Shown one piece after another: positions 17,941-27,905 of a DNA stretch of 64,000 nt. The DNA lies in the IMG/VR virus record IMGVR_UViG_3300025137_000023, positions 1 to 64,000 of that record; one strand, written 5' to 3'. Within the stretch, counting starts at the first letter, position 1; each line of letters opens with the position of its first letter. Below the pieces are notes generated by a model that worked only from the letters and a program-made list of their open reading frames with translations, had not been told where the DNA came from and did no database searches. The translations under genes were made by a program, and so were the position numbers. Source of the stretch: a virus.

Positions 17941-20286
17941 TTAAAGACCAGATAAGTGTTTGAGTCTGTCGATTTCGTTGTCTTGACTTGCGGCTAATTT
18001 TTCTTTTTTATCTGCATCAAGCATTTTTGCTAGTTCAGGATCAGCAACATATCTATCGTCGCCTTTCATAAAGTTTTGGTATGCAGGTGTGTTTGCTTTC
18101 TTATCCGCTAGTGTTACAGTCATCTTATCCATACTGCTATCCTTTATTGGTAATTCAGGGTCATATGCTTTCCATTCATCATATGTCATATACATATCTG
18201 TATCTGGATCATAGTACTTGCCTTCTACATTATCGTAGTAAACAACTTTACCTGAACGTGTCATAATAGGACCTTCTAGTCCATCACGTTCTTGATACTT
18301 TTCTCTGTCAATTGACGGAAGTATTGCATATCCTTCCATCTCTGTGTTATCAGATTGTACCATTGCTTGTTTAGTTCTTTTTGTGTTTTGCAAAGTGTTA
18401 AGTACATTCTCTGTCTTTTTCTTCTTTGGAGAATGTTCTGCACCGCAGGCTTCATTTGCTCTTTTTAGTGCATTTGCTACTGATGGATGATCTGCTAAAC
18501 CTGGTGCAACTTTATTAATAACTTCAACTGCTCCACTATAGTTACCACCTTTAAACTTTGGATCGTTTAAAATACCAAATGCCATTTTAATTTGTTTATC
18601 TGTAAATTCATCATCATCGTGTGATCCTGCGTGTCCCATTAATTTTTGAGATATCGCTTTACCATATTCTTCAATACGTTTTGCCATTTCTGAATCTATT
18701 TTTACAGTGCCTTCAAATATACCTAAACTGTCTAGTTCATCATTCATATATTCTACAGGATCACCATCTCTGGCTTTTTGTGTTCCGTATGGCATTCCTT
18801 CTTCTGAAAAATACTGAAATAAATCCATATATAACTCTGTATCATAAATTTCCATCATGTCACCATCACTTGCTTTTAATTGTGCATATGCTTGAGGGTG
18901 TTTACGCATTATATCCATTACATGGTCTTTTTCACTTTTAAATTTTGTTGCTTTAGGAAAGTCTGGATGTGTAGAATCAAAATCTTCATTGGCGTGCATA
19001 GCCGCCATATGTTTCTTATACTTTGCAGTACCTTTTTTGTGTGGGCTTTTGCCTTCTGTTGCGCCTTTATTCTGTTTGTTTAACATTCCAAAGACTGCGT
19101 TAGTAAGTTTATAAAAGCCTTCTTTAGTTCCCATCATATCAATCATTTTCTTTTGATTTGCAGGATTAACTTTATCAAATACTTTAGTTATTGCACTTGC
19201 AGAGTATAAATCAACTTTCATTTGACCATCTGCAAACTTAACAGGCATATTTTGTTTGTCTGTTACAATTTTTCGTAATGTATCTAATGCTACGTTACTA
19301 GGTGTCTCTTGTTCTTCTGGACTTGCTACTTCTAACATTGGATAGTATTTTCTAACATAACTATCACGTTCTTCTTGTTCTGCAGGTTCGATGTGACCAC
19401 GTGTGTTGTGTGCAGTCATAATCATTTCCATACGTTTAATTTCTTGTTCAGTACCAAACTTTGCTACAAGTTCCATTGCATTTTCAGTATGCATATTCTC
19501 ATCTTCGTTAGCAAGGAAATCTGCTTTAGTAAAGTCATATTCAACTTGACCACCTGGTGTCATATCATATGATTCGTTTTCAATACTCTTTGTTTGAAAA
19601 GCAGATAGTTCTTCTATACTATCAAATGGTCCGCCAACCATTTTACCGTTTCTAAATGCGTAGAACTTACCGTTCTTATGTACTGCCGAAATACCATACT
19701 TGTTCATTTGCGGAACCGCTTCATGCATTTCATCATCACTCATTAAGTTGCCATCTGGCATAACGTGATATCCGTCAGGTATAGGTTTACACATACCTGA
19801 TGATTTGCAAAAGTATTGACCATCTTTACATTGGTCTTTTGATTCAGCAACAATTGGCTGTACTGGTGTTAGTGTAGAAACACCTGCTAATTTCATAATT
19901 TGTTCTATATCTGCATCAGCATTTTCTACTGATGTAGGCTTAGGTAATTTATTATCAATTCCTAGCATCTTCGCAATTTTTTGAAAGCCTTCCCAACTAG
20001 TAACCATTGACTCTGCACTTTTTTTATCTTTAGGTTCTCTTCTTGCTACCCAACTATTAATTCGTCCAGCAATCGTAGGATCAATTTCAACTGTGTAACC
20101 ATCATCGAATCTAACAGGGTGTGCACCTGATTTTCTCATTTCAATATTTTGTAATACTCTATATGGGTCTGCTTGTTTAATAGGTGTATTCTTTTTACCT
20201 AACCCAAATAATTCTACTAGTTCTTCTTCTGAATAATATCTACGAGATTCTAGTTCTACGTTACTGTTTACTTCGTTAACTTTCAT
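17941..20286 (-). CDS. large modular acidic late protein (probable internal head polyprotein)
   Basis: probable start MKVNEV with GGAG RBS; internally repeated PV.F.DG and I..LAG/LSG modules. Confidence 0.7.
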   Translation of the reverse strand: MKVNEVNSNVELESRRYYSEEELVELFGLGKKNTPIKQADPYRVLQNIEMRKSGAHPVRFDDGYTVEIDPTIAGRINSWVARREPKDKKSAESMVTSWEGFQKIAKMLGIDNKLPKPTSVENADADIEQIMKLAGVSTLTPVQPIVAESKDQCKDGQYFCKSSGMCKPIPDGYHVMPDGNLMSDDEMHEAVPQMNKYGISAVHKNGKFYAFRNGKMVGGPFDSIEELSAFQTKSIENESYDMTPGGQVEYDFTKADFLANEDENMHTENAMELVAKFGTEQEIKRMEMIMTAHNTRGHIEPAEQEERDSYVRKYYPMLEVASPEEQETPSNVALDTLRKIVTDKQNMPVKFADGQMKVDLYSASAITKVFDKVNPANQKKMIDMMGTKEGFYKLTNAVFGMLNKQNKGATEGKSPHKKGTAKYKKHMAAMHANEDFDSTHPDFPKATKFKSEKDHVMDIMRKHPQAYAQLKASDGDMMEIYDTELYMDLFQYFSEEGMPYGTQKARDGDPVEYMNDELDSLGIFEGTVKIDSEMAKRIEEYGKAISQKLMGHAGSHDDDEFTDKQIKMAFGILNDPKFKGGNYSGAVEVINKVAPGLADHPSVANALKRANEACGAEHSPKKKKTENVLNTLQNTKRTKQAMVQSDNTEMEGYAILPSIDREKYQERDGLEGPIMTRSGKVVYYDNVEGKYYDPDTDMYMTYDEWKAYDPELPIKDSSMDKMTVTLADKKANTPAYQNFMKGDDRYVADPELAKMLDADKKEKLAASQDNEIDRLKHLSGL

Positions 20287-21235
20287 TGCGTATTTCTCCG
20301 TCTTCATTACTTTCATTCTTTGCAACGAAGTCTTTAATCATTTTATATATGTCTTCACCTGCCTTAACGTATGCTTTAGCAAACTCATCTTCGCTATAAC
20401 CCATTAAGGAAGCAAGTCCTGGCTCGCCGTCACCTTTGTACATATCTATTAAATCTTTTTCCATAGAAGATGATAGAGACGTCATGCCTTCTTCAACTTC
20501 ATCACCATATGTTACACATGGGTCTTGTCCACAACCGCAGTTTTTCTTTTCTACTACTGCTTCTGCTTCTGCTGGCTCTTCGTTTAAAGCCGCTTCTAAT
20601 TCTGCTTTTAATTTACTATCAGTTACAATGTGTGCCATTGAACGATAGTGACCATCTTCTAATGCCTCATAGGCATTTGATAATGATTCTTGTATACTAC
20701 TGCAACACCCAGTATCACCACCAATAGCATCAATCTTTTTATGCATTAAGCCATCGGGTCTAAATACTTTCTCTAATGAGTTAATCATTGCTTGAGCTTT
20801 TTGAAACATATTCTCAACATAGTTCTCATCTGGTGTGCCTTCTTTAACTTCTTCTTCTTTAAAAGTATGACCTTCGTCTTCAGCCGTTTGTGCGAATGCT
20901 TCTAATACTTCATCAGTAGTTCCAAAGTCATCATTGTCAATAGTAAATGCTTTATCATTTCTATCGTATTGACCTTGTGCAACTATTTTATTATCAATTA
21001 ATACATCTAAATCATATGTGTCTGTGTGTGACTCTGTCATACGCATTTCAATATTGCCTTTAGATGCAATAAGGTTGTCATTTTCTTCTGATACACTATT
21101 AAACTTATCTAAGATGCCACGCATATCATCTGCAGACTCAGTAACAACTTCTTTATTGTTGTTCTCTGCGTTCTGATAATTCTCTTCTGACATTTGGTTA
21201 AGTTTGTTAACTAGTGTTGCAAAATCGTCTGACAT
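20276..21235 (-). CDS. acidic hypothetical protein (head/scaffold-associated?)
   Basis: ORF with GGAG RBS; very E/D-rich. Confidence 0.65.
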   Translation of the reverse strand: MSDDFATLVNKLNQMSEENYQNAENNNKEVVTESADDMRGILDKFNSVSEENDNLIASKGNIEMRMTESHTDTYDLDVLIDNKIVAQGQYDRNDKAFTIDNDDFGTTDEVLEAFAQTAEDEGHTFKEEEVKEGTPDENYVENMFQKAQAMINSLEKVFRPDGLMHKKIDAIGGDTGCCSSIQESLSNAYEALEDGHYRSMAHIVTDSKLKAELEAALNEEPAEAEAVVEKKNCGCGQDPCVTYGDEVEEGMTSLSSSMEKDLIDMYKGDGEPGLASLMGYSEDEFAKAYVKAGEDIYKMIKDFVAKNESNEDGEIRNES

Positions 21236-21236
21236 A

Positions 21237-21602
21237 TTACTCTCCTTTAATTGATTCCTGTGGTTCTATTACTGGCATTTCTTCGCTTGGTAATTCCGTT
21301 GGCACCTCTGCAGGTCGCTCTACTTTTTGAATATCAATTTCTGGCTTCAGCATATCATATTCTAAATGATGTTTAACTGAGCTCATGTAATCTGCTGATT
21401 TTGTAATTTTGGCTTGTACCCAACCTTCTAAGCCTTCTTGTTCAGAAACGTTGGCTAACATTTTATGCAATTCGATTGCATACTTGGCAATTTTATAACA
21501 ATCACTACGAGCCATTTGCACTTCGTGGTCTTGTTCCATTACAGCCGCTTCTGAGGACAAATTTTCTTTTAAAGGTTTTTTAATAAATTGTCTTTTTCTC
21601 AT
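21237..21602 (-). CDS. conserved phage hypothetical protein
   Basis: DHEVQMA...LEGWVQAKIT; GGAG RBS; upstream ATAAATA. Confidence 0.7.
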   Translation of the reverse strand: MRKRQFIKKPLKENLSSEAAVMEQDHEVQMARSDCYKIAKYAIELHKMLANVSEQEGLEGWVQAKITKSADYMSSVKHHLEYDMLKPEIDIQKVERPAEVPTELPSEEMPVIEPQESIKGE

Positions 21603-21710
21603 AATAACTCCAATTATATCTTTGCTTATGTTGTATTTATTCTTTTACAACAAATAAACTATCTCATAACTGCCCACGAATACACTTAATAGTAGAATAA
21701 TATACTACTG

Positions 21711-21935
21711 TTAAGCGAAGATTGATTTAACTTTCTTCGTATACGGGGGAAATTTAGTCTTTTTCTTCTTGGGTGTTGTATAACCATATGGATCTACTGC
21801 TTTTCGAGCCTTTTTAGGGTCTCCAAACAATGGAAATGCCACAGCCGCTCCAGCCACTGCACTACTATCTGTAGCACCAGGCGTTGCGTCTTCTTTGACA
21901 TTATTGTCCGTTGATGTAACTTCCCAAATTTTCAT
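21711..21935 (-). CDS. small late protein
   Basis: MKIWEV start; TAAATA immediately upstream. Confidence 0.6.
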   Translation of the reverse strand: MKIWEVTSTDNNVKEDATPGATDSSAVAGAAVAFPLFGDPKKARKAVDPYGYTTPKKKKTKFPPYTKKVKSIFA

Positions 21936-21951
21936 ACTAGTATTTAGTTAA

Positions 21952-22737
21952 TTAATGATGTTCGGTCATACTCAATACCTTCAACACGTTTTCCCATGTT
22001 TTGGGTACGTTCATTACTAAATGTATAATGTTATCGTCCCAAGCCGCGGTTCTGTGTGTTTTTCTTGTATCGCAGTAATATAATCTCATTGGCTCAATGT
22101 CTACAGGTCTATAATCATGTACCCATTGAAATCCTTGGTGTCCGCAATTTTCACTTAAAAATCCGACAATTCTAAAACAATCTCTACTGAGGTATGGCGA
22201 ATCTCTGTGTGGTGGGAACCAACCTCCTTTATTCAGTTTAACTAACATACATCTTCCTAATGATTCGAAAGCATTAAAGATAGGGTGTAATGCAGTTAAA
22301 TTATGATATGCTTCTGTTGGGTAATGTAAGTCTGCTTCTAGTATACGTTCGCCTGGCTTCTCACCTAGACGTTTTCTTACTTCTGGCATACTTAAACTGT
22401 CACCTACTGCGTCTCCTTCGGCTCCTACTAACAATAATCCTTCACGGTCATTAGTAACACCTTCACGTCTTAAGTAAGGTACCCATTTATCTTTGTACTG
22501 TTTTAATTCTTTATCAAATAAATCTTTATCTATTTTAGTATCTAATGGAGCAAAGTCTCCAATGGCGTTTAACTGTAACTCACAACGAATATCTTCTTCA
22601 GTTGGTTCTGGCATTTTATATCCAGTAACACCATCATTAATGAAATAATGCTTATAATAATTAGGTGCATTCTTTCTAGGTGGTATCCAGTCAATTTTTT
22701 TACCGTCTTTGGTAAACTCGTCGTCTCTATGTGCCAT
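21952..22737 (-). CDS. Asp/Asn beta-hydroxylase-like 2OG-Fe(II) oxygenase
   Basis: GGWFPPHRD, DTRKTH and IHLV motifs; own TTGACA-17-TATAGT promoter at 22763-22791. Confidence 0.7.
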   Translation of the reverse strand: MAHRDDEFTKDGKKIDWIPPRKNAPNYYKHYFINDGVTGYKMPEPTEEDIRCELQLNAIGDFAPLDTKIDKDLFDKELKQYKDKWVPYLRREGVTNDREGLLLVGAEGDAVGDSLSMPEVRKRLGEKPGERILEADLHYPTEAYHNLTALHPIFNAFESLGRCMLVKLNKGGWFPPHRDSPYLSRDCFRIVGFLSENCGHQGFQWVHDYRPVDIEPMRLYYCDTRKTHRTAAWDDNIIHLVMNVPKTWENVLKVLSMTEHH

Positions 22738-22794
22738 GTTTGATTGTTTTCCTTATGCTTGTACTATACATAACTTTGATGTGAATGTCAAGAA

Positions 22795-22992
22795 CTATTT
22801 AGAACCCATGTAACCAGCAATGATGCCAATTAATCCTGTGAGTGCCATTTTCATTAATGTAATAACACTTTCGTCTACAGGTCTATTCTCTTGTAGTGCA
22901 ACATAATAGTCTCCTATGATTATTACACCTAGTAATGTGAGTACTCCACCTACTAATAGTACTATAACTAAATCTTTTAAATTTTTTATCAT
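22795..22992 (-). CDS. 2-TM membrane protein
   Basis: two hydrophobic helices. Confidence 0.6.
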   Translation of the reverse strand: MIKNLKDLVIVLLVGGVLTLLGVIIIGDYYVALQENRPVDESVITLMKMALTGLIGIIAGYMGSK

Positions 22993-22993
22993 A

Positions 22994-23296
22994 TTATTTC
23001 TTTACTGTATTGGAAACGTTCTTAGCCTTACCTTTACGGTTTTTACTAGGATCATCTCTGCGTTTCTTATTAACAGCCGCCGCGATTGCTTTTTTGCCGC
23101 CTTTGGCTCTTAAACTTGCCGCACGTGATTTAGATAAACACTTAGGCTTACCTTCGCCTTTGCTTCTGTCTCCGCATTTACCAATACGTTCTCCTTTGGT
23201 ATTATAACGATCCCAACCGCCTCCACCTGCTCCGCCTTTTTTTCCTTTGCCGAACCATGCTCGTAGGTCTTCTGATATAATCTCTGAGTATCGCAT
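22994..23296 (-). CDS. highly basic probable internal head protein
   Basis: MRYSEIISE start followed by DLRAWF...KCG...KPKCL. Confidence 0.65.
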   Translation of the reverse strand: MRYSEIISEDLRAWFGKGKKGGAGGGGWDRYNTKGERIGKCGDRSKGEGKPKCLSKSRAASLRAKGGKKAIAAAVNKKRRDDPSKNRKGKAKNVSNTVKK

Positions 23297-23779
23297 TTAT
23301 TTTTTACTCTTGCCCCAATTAGCCGCACCAACTTTTCTACATTTTGTCAATGCACCACTGGCATATGCACTAGGCCATACCTTGTAACGTGATTTTACTT
23401 TATGATAACAAGCATCTTTTTCGCCTGCCTTTTCATCAAACTGTTCTTCAGTTAATGCTTTTTGTTGTGTAAGTTCTATTAATTTCATTTGTTTATCTTC
23501 GGCTACCTTAAAGTTATATGCAAAATTAACTTGCTTTGCTAATTGGTTGCCTCTATCTCTTTCACTTTTCTTAGAGCTTTTTTTTAAGTGATTTGCTTTA
23601 GCTCTAAGGTTTTTTAAATCTGTCTTACTTATCTTGTCTCCAGCACCTTTACCTAAGTATTGTGCCGCTTTGCGTTTTAAACTTCCTGGACGACTCCCAG
23701 GTTTGGCTTTGCCAGTGAAGTCTTCAAGTAAACTATCTAGTTCCTCAATAACCCATTGGACTCTATCTTGATAATCCAT
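23297..23779 (-). CDS. basic two-module late protein
   Basis: C-terminal KDACYHKVKSRYKVWPSAYASGAL module. Confidence 0.65.
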   Translation of the reverse strand: MDYQDRVQWVIEELDSLLEDFTGKAKPGSRPGSLKRKAAQYLGKGAGDKISKTDLKNLRAKANHLKKSSKKSERDRGNQLAKQVNFAYNFKVAEDKQMKLIELTQQKALTEEQFDEKAGEKDACYHKVKSRYKVWPSAYASGALTKCRKVGAANWGKSKK

Positions 23780-23798
23780 AACAAGTCTCCTTGTCTTA

Positions 23799-25208
23799 TT
23801 ATTTATTCCCTATACCTAAGTTACTTAATGTATTAGGGTCACTGTTCTTTGCCGCTGACTTATGCATCAACGGAGGGTTACCATTTTTATCAATGATAAG
23901 ACCCAATTTTTTTGCCTGTCGTTGTGTTTCTCCTGGCTTAACGTCTACTGTCGTATTTTGTTTAGTAATAATGCCATTTTCTATTATCGCTCTATCTCCA
24001 TATATTTCAGCATATGTCTTCATTAAGTTACGCCAATCTAAATTTTTAATAGTACGTCCTAGTTGTTGTGCATAGTATCCTGAAGTATGTTTTAAAGGTT
24101 CAGGAAATCTTTCTGCTTTCTTTCTTACCATTAAATCGTGTAGTAAGTCAGCCGCTCTCTTATATAAACTCGGGTGTGTTTTAAGGTTTGCAAATCTTTT
24201 AATATCATCTACAAAATCTTCATTAATTTCAGAGTCTAATTTAGATATAGTTCTATCTATAGTTTTGTTATTATGCTTAATAGCAATACCACCTGCTTGT
24301 TCCCATTTACGAATATTATCACCATAGTCGTCAATTAAACCGTTTGGAGTTCCGTCTGGTTGTTTAGCATACTTAGATTTGTTTGGATCAATAATAATCT
24401 TTTGTGGTGGGAATGATCCTAAATGTTTTTTAATCCATTCACGTTTCTGTGGTTCTGAGTTTTTGTCTCCTGGTAATGGAGCACTTAATATATTATACTT
24501 GCCTTTGTATGCTTTAATGGCACTTAATAATTGTAATGCGTTGCTTGTCATTGGAATATTAATCCAAAAGTCTTTTTGTTGTTTAACTTTTTCTAATGCT
24601 TGTGGAACGTCTTTGATATTACGCCAGTTGTCTACACCTATTAACTTTGCCCAACTTCCAAAAAAGTCTGCAAGTACGCCGTCCATGTCTACAAACAATT
24701 CTGAATTAGGTGCTAGTTCTTCAAATATATCTGTTCCAGCATAATCACCGTACATCTCTTGCCACTGTCTAGTATTATCTTCTTCTGCTTCAGTCCAACT
24801 AAATTCTTCTACTGCAAATTCAGGGTTGCTAGTTTTAAAATCTTTCTTACGCATCACAGTTTTTGCAACTAAATCTAATTCGTTATTAGCATTGTCCCAT
24901 TGTAAAACAAAAGGTATGTTAACATCAGTTCTCATATCTTTCATTACTGCTTCTGCATCTGGGCCTAATTGTGCAATTTTCTTACCGTAGTACTTGTACT
25001 CTTGTTTAAATATTCTTATAAGTTCAGCAACTGAAATTTGTTTATCGTTTCGTGAATCGTTTACTCTATCTAAGAAGTGTCTAGTAAACTCTACATCAAC
25101 ACCTACTTTAGCAAACAATCTATCAGCATAGTCTTCAAGTTTATTCAAGTCACCTTGTGTAACTGGTACACTATCTTTTGAATACTCTCTTAACCATTTA
25201 TACGACAT
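23799..25208 (-). CDS. multidomain protein: possible BECR/RelE-like domain, 5'(3')-deoxyribonucleotidase (NT5C-like HAD) domain, C-terminal modules
   Basis: FTRHFLDRV...AKTVMRK; FVDMDGVLADF, ILSAP and LIDD..N...W..AGG. Confidence 0.7.
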   Translation of the reverse strand: MSYKWLREYSKDSVPVTQGDLNKLEDYADRLFAKVGVDVEFTRHFLDRVNDSRNDKQISVAELIRIFKQEYKYYGKKIAQLGPDAEAVMKDMRTDVNIPFVLQWDNANNELDLVAKTVMRKKDFKTSNPEFAVEEFSWTEAEEDNTRQWQEMYGDYAGTDIFEELAPNSELFVDMDGVLADFFGSWAKLIGVDNWRNIKDVPQALEKVKQQKDFWINIPMTSNALQLLSAIKAYKGKYNILSAPLPGDKNSEPQKREWIKKHLGSFPPQKIIIDPNKSKYAKQPDGTPNGLIDDYGDNIRKWEQAGGIAIKHNNKTIDRTISKLDSEINEDFVDDIKRFANLKTHPSLYKRAADLLHDLMVRKKAERFPEPLKHTSGYYAQQLGRTIKNLDWRNLMKTYAEIYGDRAIIENGIITKQNTTVDVKPGETQRQAKKLGLIIDKNGNPPLMHKSAAKNSDPNTLSNLGIGNK

Positions 25209-25504
25209 TATTTCTTCTTCCATTTACTTTCTTTGTTAGCATCAAACATATCTTCAACAGTTGTTTTACAATTCTCGTGCCAGTATCTGCCACTTTCTCT
25301 TAACTGTTCATTGTCTGTTCTTAGCATCTCCAATTTTTTCATTATCATCTTGTGTTGCCACTGTGATAGTTTTTGTTTGTCTTGTACCTTTTGTATTCTT
25401 TCTAGTATGTCATCTACTGTAGGACAAGTAAAGTCCGGATACTTAGGCGACTTCTTTTTTAACTTTGTCCAGTACTGTCTTTGGTCAACCTTTTTCTTTG
25501 CCAT
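25208..25504 (-). CDS. hypothetical protein
   Basis: ORF; PDFTCP and LR..N..LR..G.YW pattern. Confidence 0.6.
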   Translation of the reverse strand: MAKKKVDQRQYWTKLKKKSPKYPDFTCPTVDDILERIQKVQDKQKLSQWQHKMIMKKLEMLRTDNEQLRESGRYWHENCKTTVEDMFDANKESKWKKK

Positions 25505-26787
25505 GATTCCCTCAAATCTTTCTCAAAATTATCAAAAACATTTTTAGGGATACCTCGGCTGGCTTTTCCACCTGCACGTCTAGTATTTTCAATTTGAGTA
25601 AAAGCAGTGTCTAGTGATTTAACCATTAACTGCAATATTCCACTATCTAGTCTATTTTTAATATTTTTAAAATTAGTTGGTTCATTTTTACCTGCCTCAC
25701 TAGCCAAGTCTTTTAACTTGTTGTGTACGTCCATCATTAGTGTTTTAATTGTATAACGACCGACACCTTGAACAAGTACTTCACTGTTCATAATGTCTTC
25801 CTTATCTAATGCATACAGGCTTTCAACAATCTTTGTGTTGTTATGTATTTGAACTACTGCTTTCAACTGTTCTAGTTTACTATTGATCTTCATGGAGTCT
25901 TGAACTGTTAACTGTTTTTCCTCTTTTAATTTTTTTACTTCCGCTTTTATTGATTCCATTCTACTAATAAATGGCTTTTTCTTTTTACTACTTAATCCAA
26001 GTTTTTTAACGTTTGCATATTCACTGCCAACAGGACTATCTTTAGTTGCGTTTTGTTTTGTAACAATACCAACACCTGCTTCTGGCATTTTTTCAAGTTC
26101 TTTTCTTCTTACAAACTTGCTTGGTTTAGTTTGAATTTTTAAATTTGGTAACTTTTTATCTTTTTTCCATTGTCCTGTTTCTTTATGACCTGGATTCTTA
26201 ACAACAAACTCTGTAATTTTTGATGTCATTAATTTGTGTACTTCTGCATCATACTTGCCAAATAAATCTGTTACCATTTTTTTCTGTGTTTCATTATCTG
26301 CTTTTGCAAAATTACTTCTAAATTCTGTTGCACTTTTCATTGGCTTACCTAATACTTTAAAACTTAAAGTAGGCACTGCAATAATGTATCCGTGCTTGTC
26401 TAGTGACTGCATATCCTTACCTGCTTTTTGAAAGTAACTTGGGCTACCATCTTTTTTAGGTTTGAATGTAAAACGTGGATCTTCAGCCATATCCTTTTCA
26501 CTTACTGCAAACATTAATATAGTATCTGCAGGATCATACTTTGATACAAGCTCTTGTGCTTGGTATGGATTCTTAGTTTGGATAATAGCATTTGCAGGAA
26601 TGCCTGCAACTATCATCATCTTCTTTTTTTCTTCAAATGTAAAAGGACTTTTGGGAGGAGTAACTTTATCGCTTGTTGCTATGAATACTTTATCCGCACC
26701 AAACTTATTAACTAGTGAATTATATACACTAGCATGACCCTTATGGAAAGGATGGAATCTTCCTGGATAAATTACTAAATGATTCAT
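25459..26787 (-). CDS. HIGH-superfamily nucleotidyltransferase with C-terminal extension
   Basis: YPGRFHPFHKGH, SPF.F.EK and SATEFR (SST-like) motifs. Confidence 0.8.
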   Translation of the reverse strand: MNHLVIYPGRFHPFHKGHASVYNSLVNKFGADKVFIATSDKVTPPKSPFTFEEKKKMMIVAGIPANAIIQTKNPYQAQELVSKYDPADTILMFAVSEKDMAEDPRFTFKPKKDGSPSYFQKAGKDMQSLDKHGYIIAVPTLSFKVLGKPMKSATEFRSNFAKADNETQKKMVTDLFGKYDAEVHKLMTSKITEFVVKNPGHKETGQWKKDKKLPNLKIQTKPSKFVRRKELEKMPEAGVGIVTKQNATKDSPVGSEYANVKKLGLSSKKKKPFISRMESIKAEVKKLKEEKQLTVQDSMKINSKLEQLKAVVQIHNNTKIVESLYALDKEDIMNSEVLVQGVGRYTIKTLMMDVHNKLKDLASEAGKNEPTNFKNIKNRLDSGILQLMVKSLDTAFTQIENTRRAGGKASRGIPKNVFDNFEKDLRESWQRKRLTKDSTGQS

Positions 26788-26819
26788 TGTTTCTCCTATA
26801 TAGTGTATTTATTATTTAA

Positions 26820-27512
26820 TTAAGAGAACGTGTGATAACCTGCATGGCCCAATTTAACGTCATTATGTGCCCATACTTTACCGCCCATATCACGCCAACG
26901 TTTACAAAATGTAAAGTCTTCGCTTAAATAGTTGCCATCGGGTAATAACCAAGTATCAAATAGTGCATACATAAATGGCTCAAACTTGCTATCTAAATTT
27001 AAAGTATTCTTATACTTTAAATCTACATAACGTTCAAACATCTTTTCTATAACGTGTCTTTTTATTAATAAAAAGCCAGTACCAATATCGTGTACTTCTT
27101 GTGTGCCTGATTCTTGTTGTACTTCATCTGGTAAAGGATTAATTACATATTGTATTGGGTAGTTCTTTTTAGGATATAATCCACCTATAACATCTTTATC
27201 AGCGGCTACTAATTTATAAACGTCTAATGTTTCAAATCCAATATCCGCATCTATAAACATTAAGTGAGTTGCTTGTGTGTTTGCCATTCCTTTTGCAACA
27301 AGATTATTTCTTGCTCTTGTAACTAAACTTTCGTTTGCAATAGTTTCTAATGAAAACCTTAAATTGTTTCCATTCATATTAATAACGTGTCTAGTAAAAC
27401 TAACAAAGAAATTTTCAAATACGGCGCCACCGTAACATGGAACCATAAAAGAAATATGGCTGTTTTTAATTAATGAAACTTCTGCTTCATTAAAGGCATT
27501 TTGTTGAGACAA
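26820..27512 (-). CDS. GT-A / GT2-like glycosyltransferase
   Basis: RARN.LV, FIDADI, GTGFLLI and SEDF.FC..W motifs. Confidence 0.8.
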   Translation of the reverse strand: MSQQNAFNEAEVSLIKNSHISFMVPCYGGAVFENFFVSFTRHVINMNGNNLRFSLETIANESLVTRARNNLVAKGMANTQATHLMFIDADIGFETLDVYKLVAADKDVIGGLYPKKNYPIQYVINPLPDEVQQESGTQEVHDIGTGFLLIKRHVIEKMFERYVDLKYKNTLNLDSKFEPFMYALFDTWLLPDGNYLSEDFTFCKRWRDMGGKVWAHNDVKLGHAGYHTFS

Positions 27513-27521
27513 AGGAACCCC

Positions 27522-27884
27522 TTAATAGTTGAATTGTACTTTTGTAAGTGTGCCGGCTGTGAAACTAGTTACTTTAGTTCTTATCCAAGTAAAGTTTCCT
27601 GTAAAATTATGTGTAACATTTGTGCTTGTTGCCGAACTACCATCACCAATTGTAACGCCAGGTATGTCTACCCAGTCTGTACTTGCTGGATCTTGTTCCA
27701 ATGTTCCTTGAAACGTAAGTATACCAATAAAACCATTGGGGAATACTGCGACTGTGTGTAAACCATCTGTGTATCCATAGTATCCATCTCCAGCAGATTT
27801 AACGCCAAAGAATGAAGTATCAGTGCCGTTATAATTGTCAGTTGGTGTACCGTGTGTAGTGGTTGCTATAAGTGTTTGTGTCAT
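27522..27884 (-). CDS. Thr/Gly-rich probable virion protein
   Basis: beta-rich; TATAAATA late promoter at about 27903-27910. Confidence 0.6.
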   Translation of the reverse strand: MTQTLIATTTHGTPTDNYNGTDTSFFGVKSAGDGYYGYTDGLHTVAVFPNGFIGILTFQGTLEQDPASTDWVDIPGVTIGDGSSATSTNVTHNFTGNFTWIRTKVTSFTAGTLTKVQFNY

Positions 27885-27905
27885 ATTATATTCCTATACT
27901 GTTAT

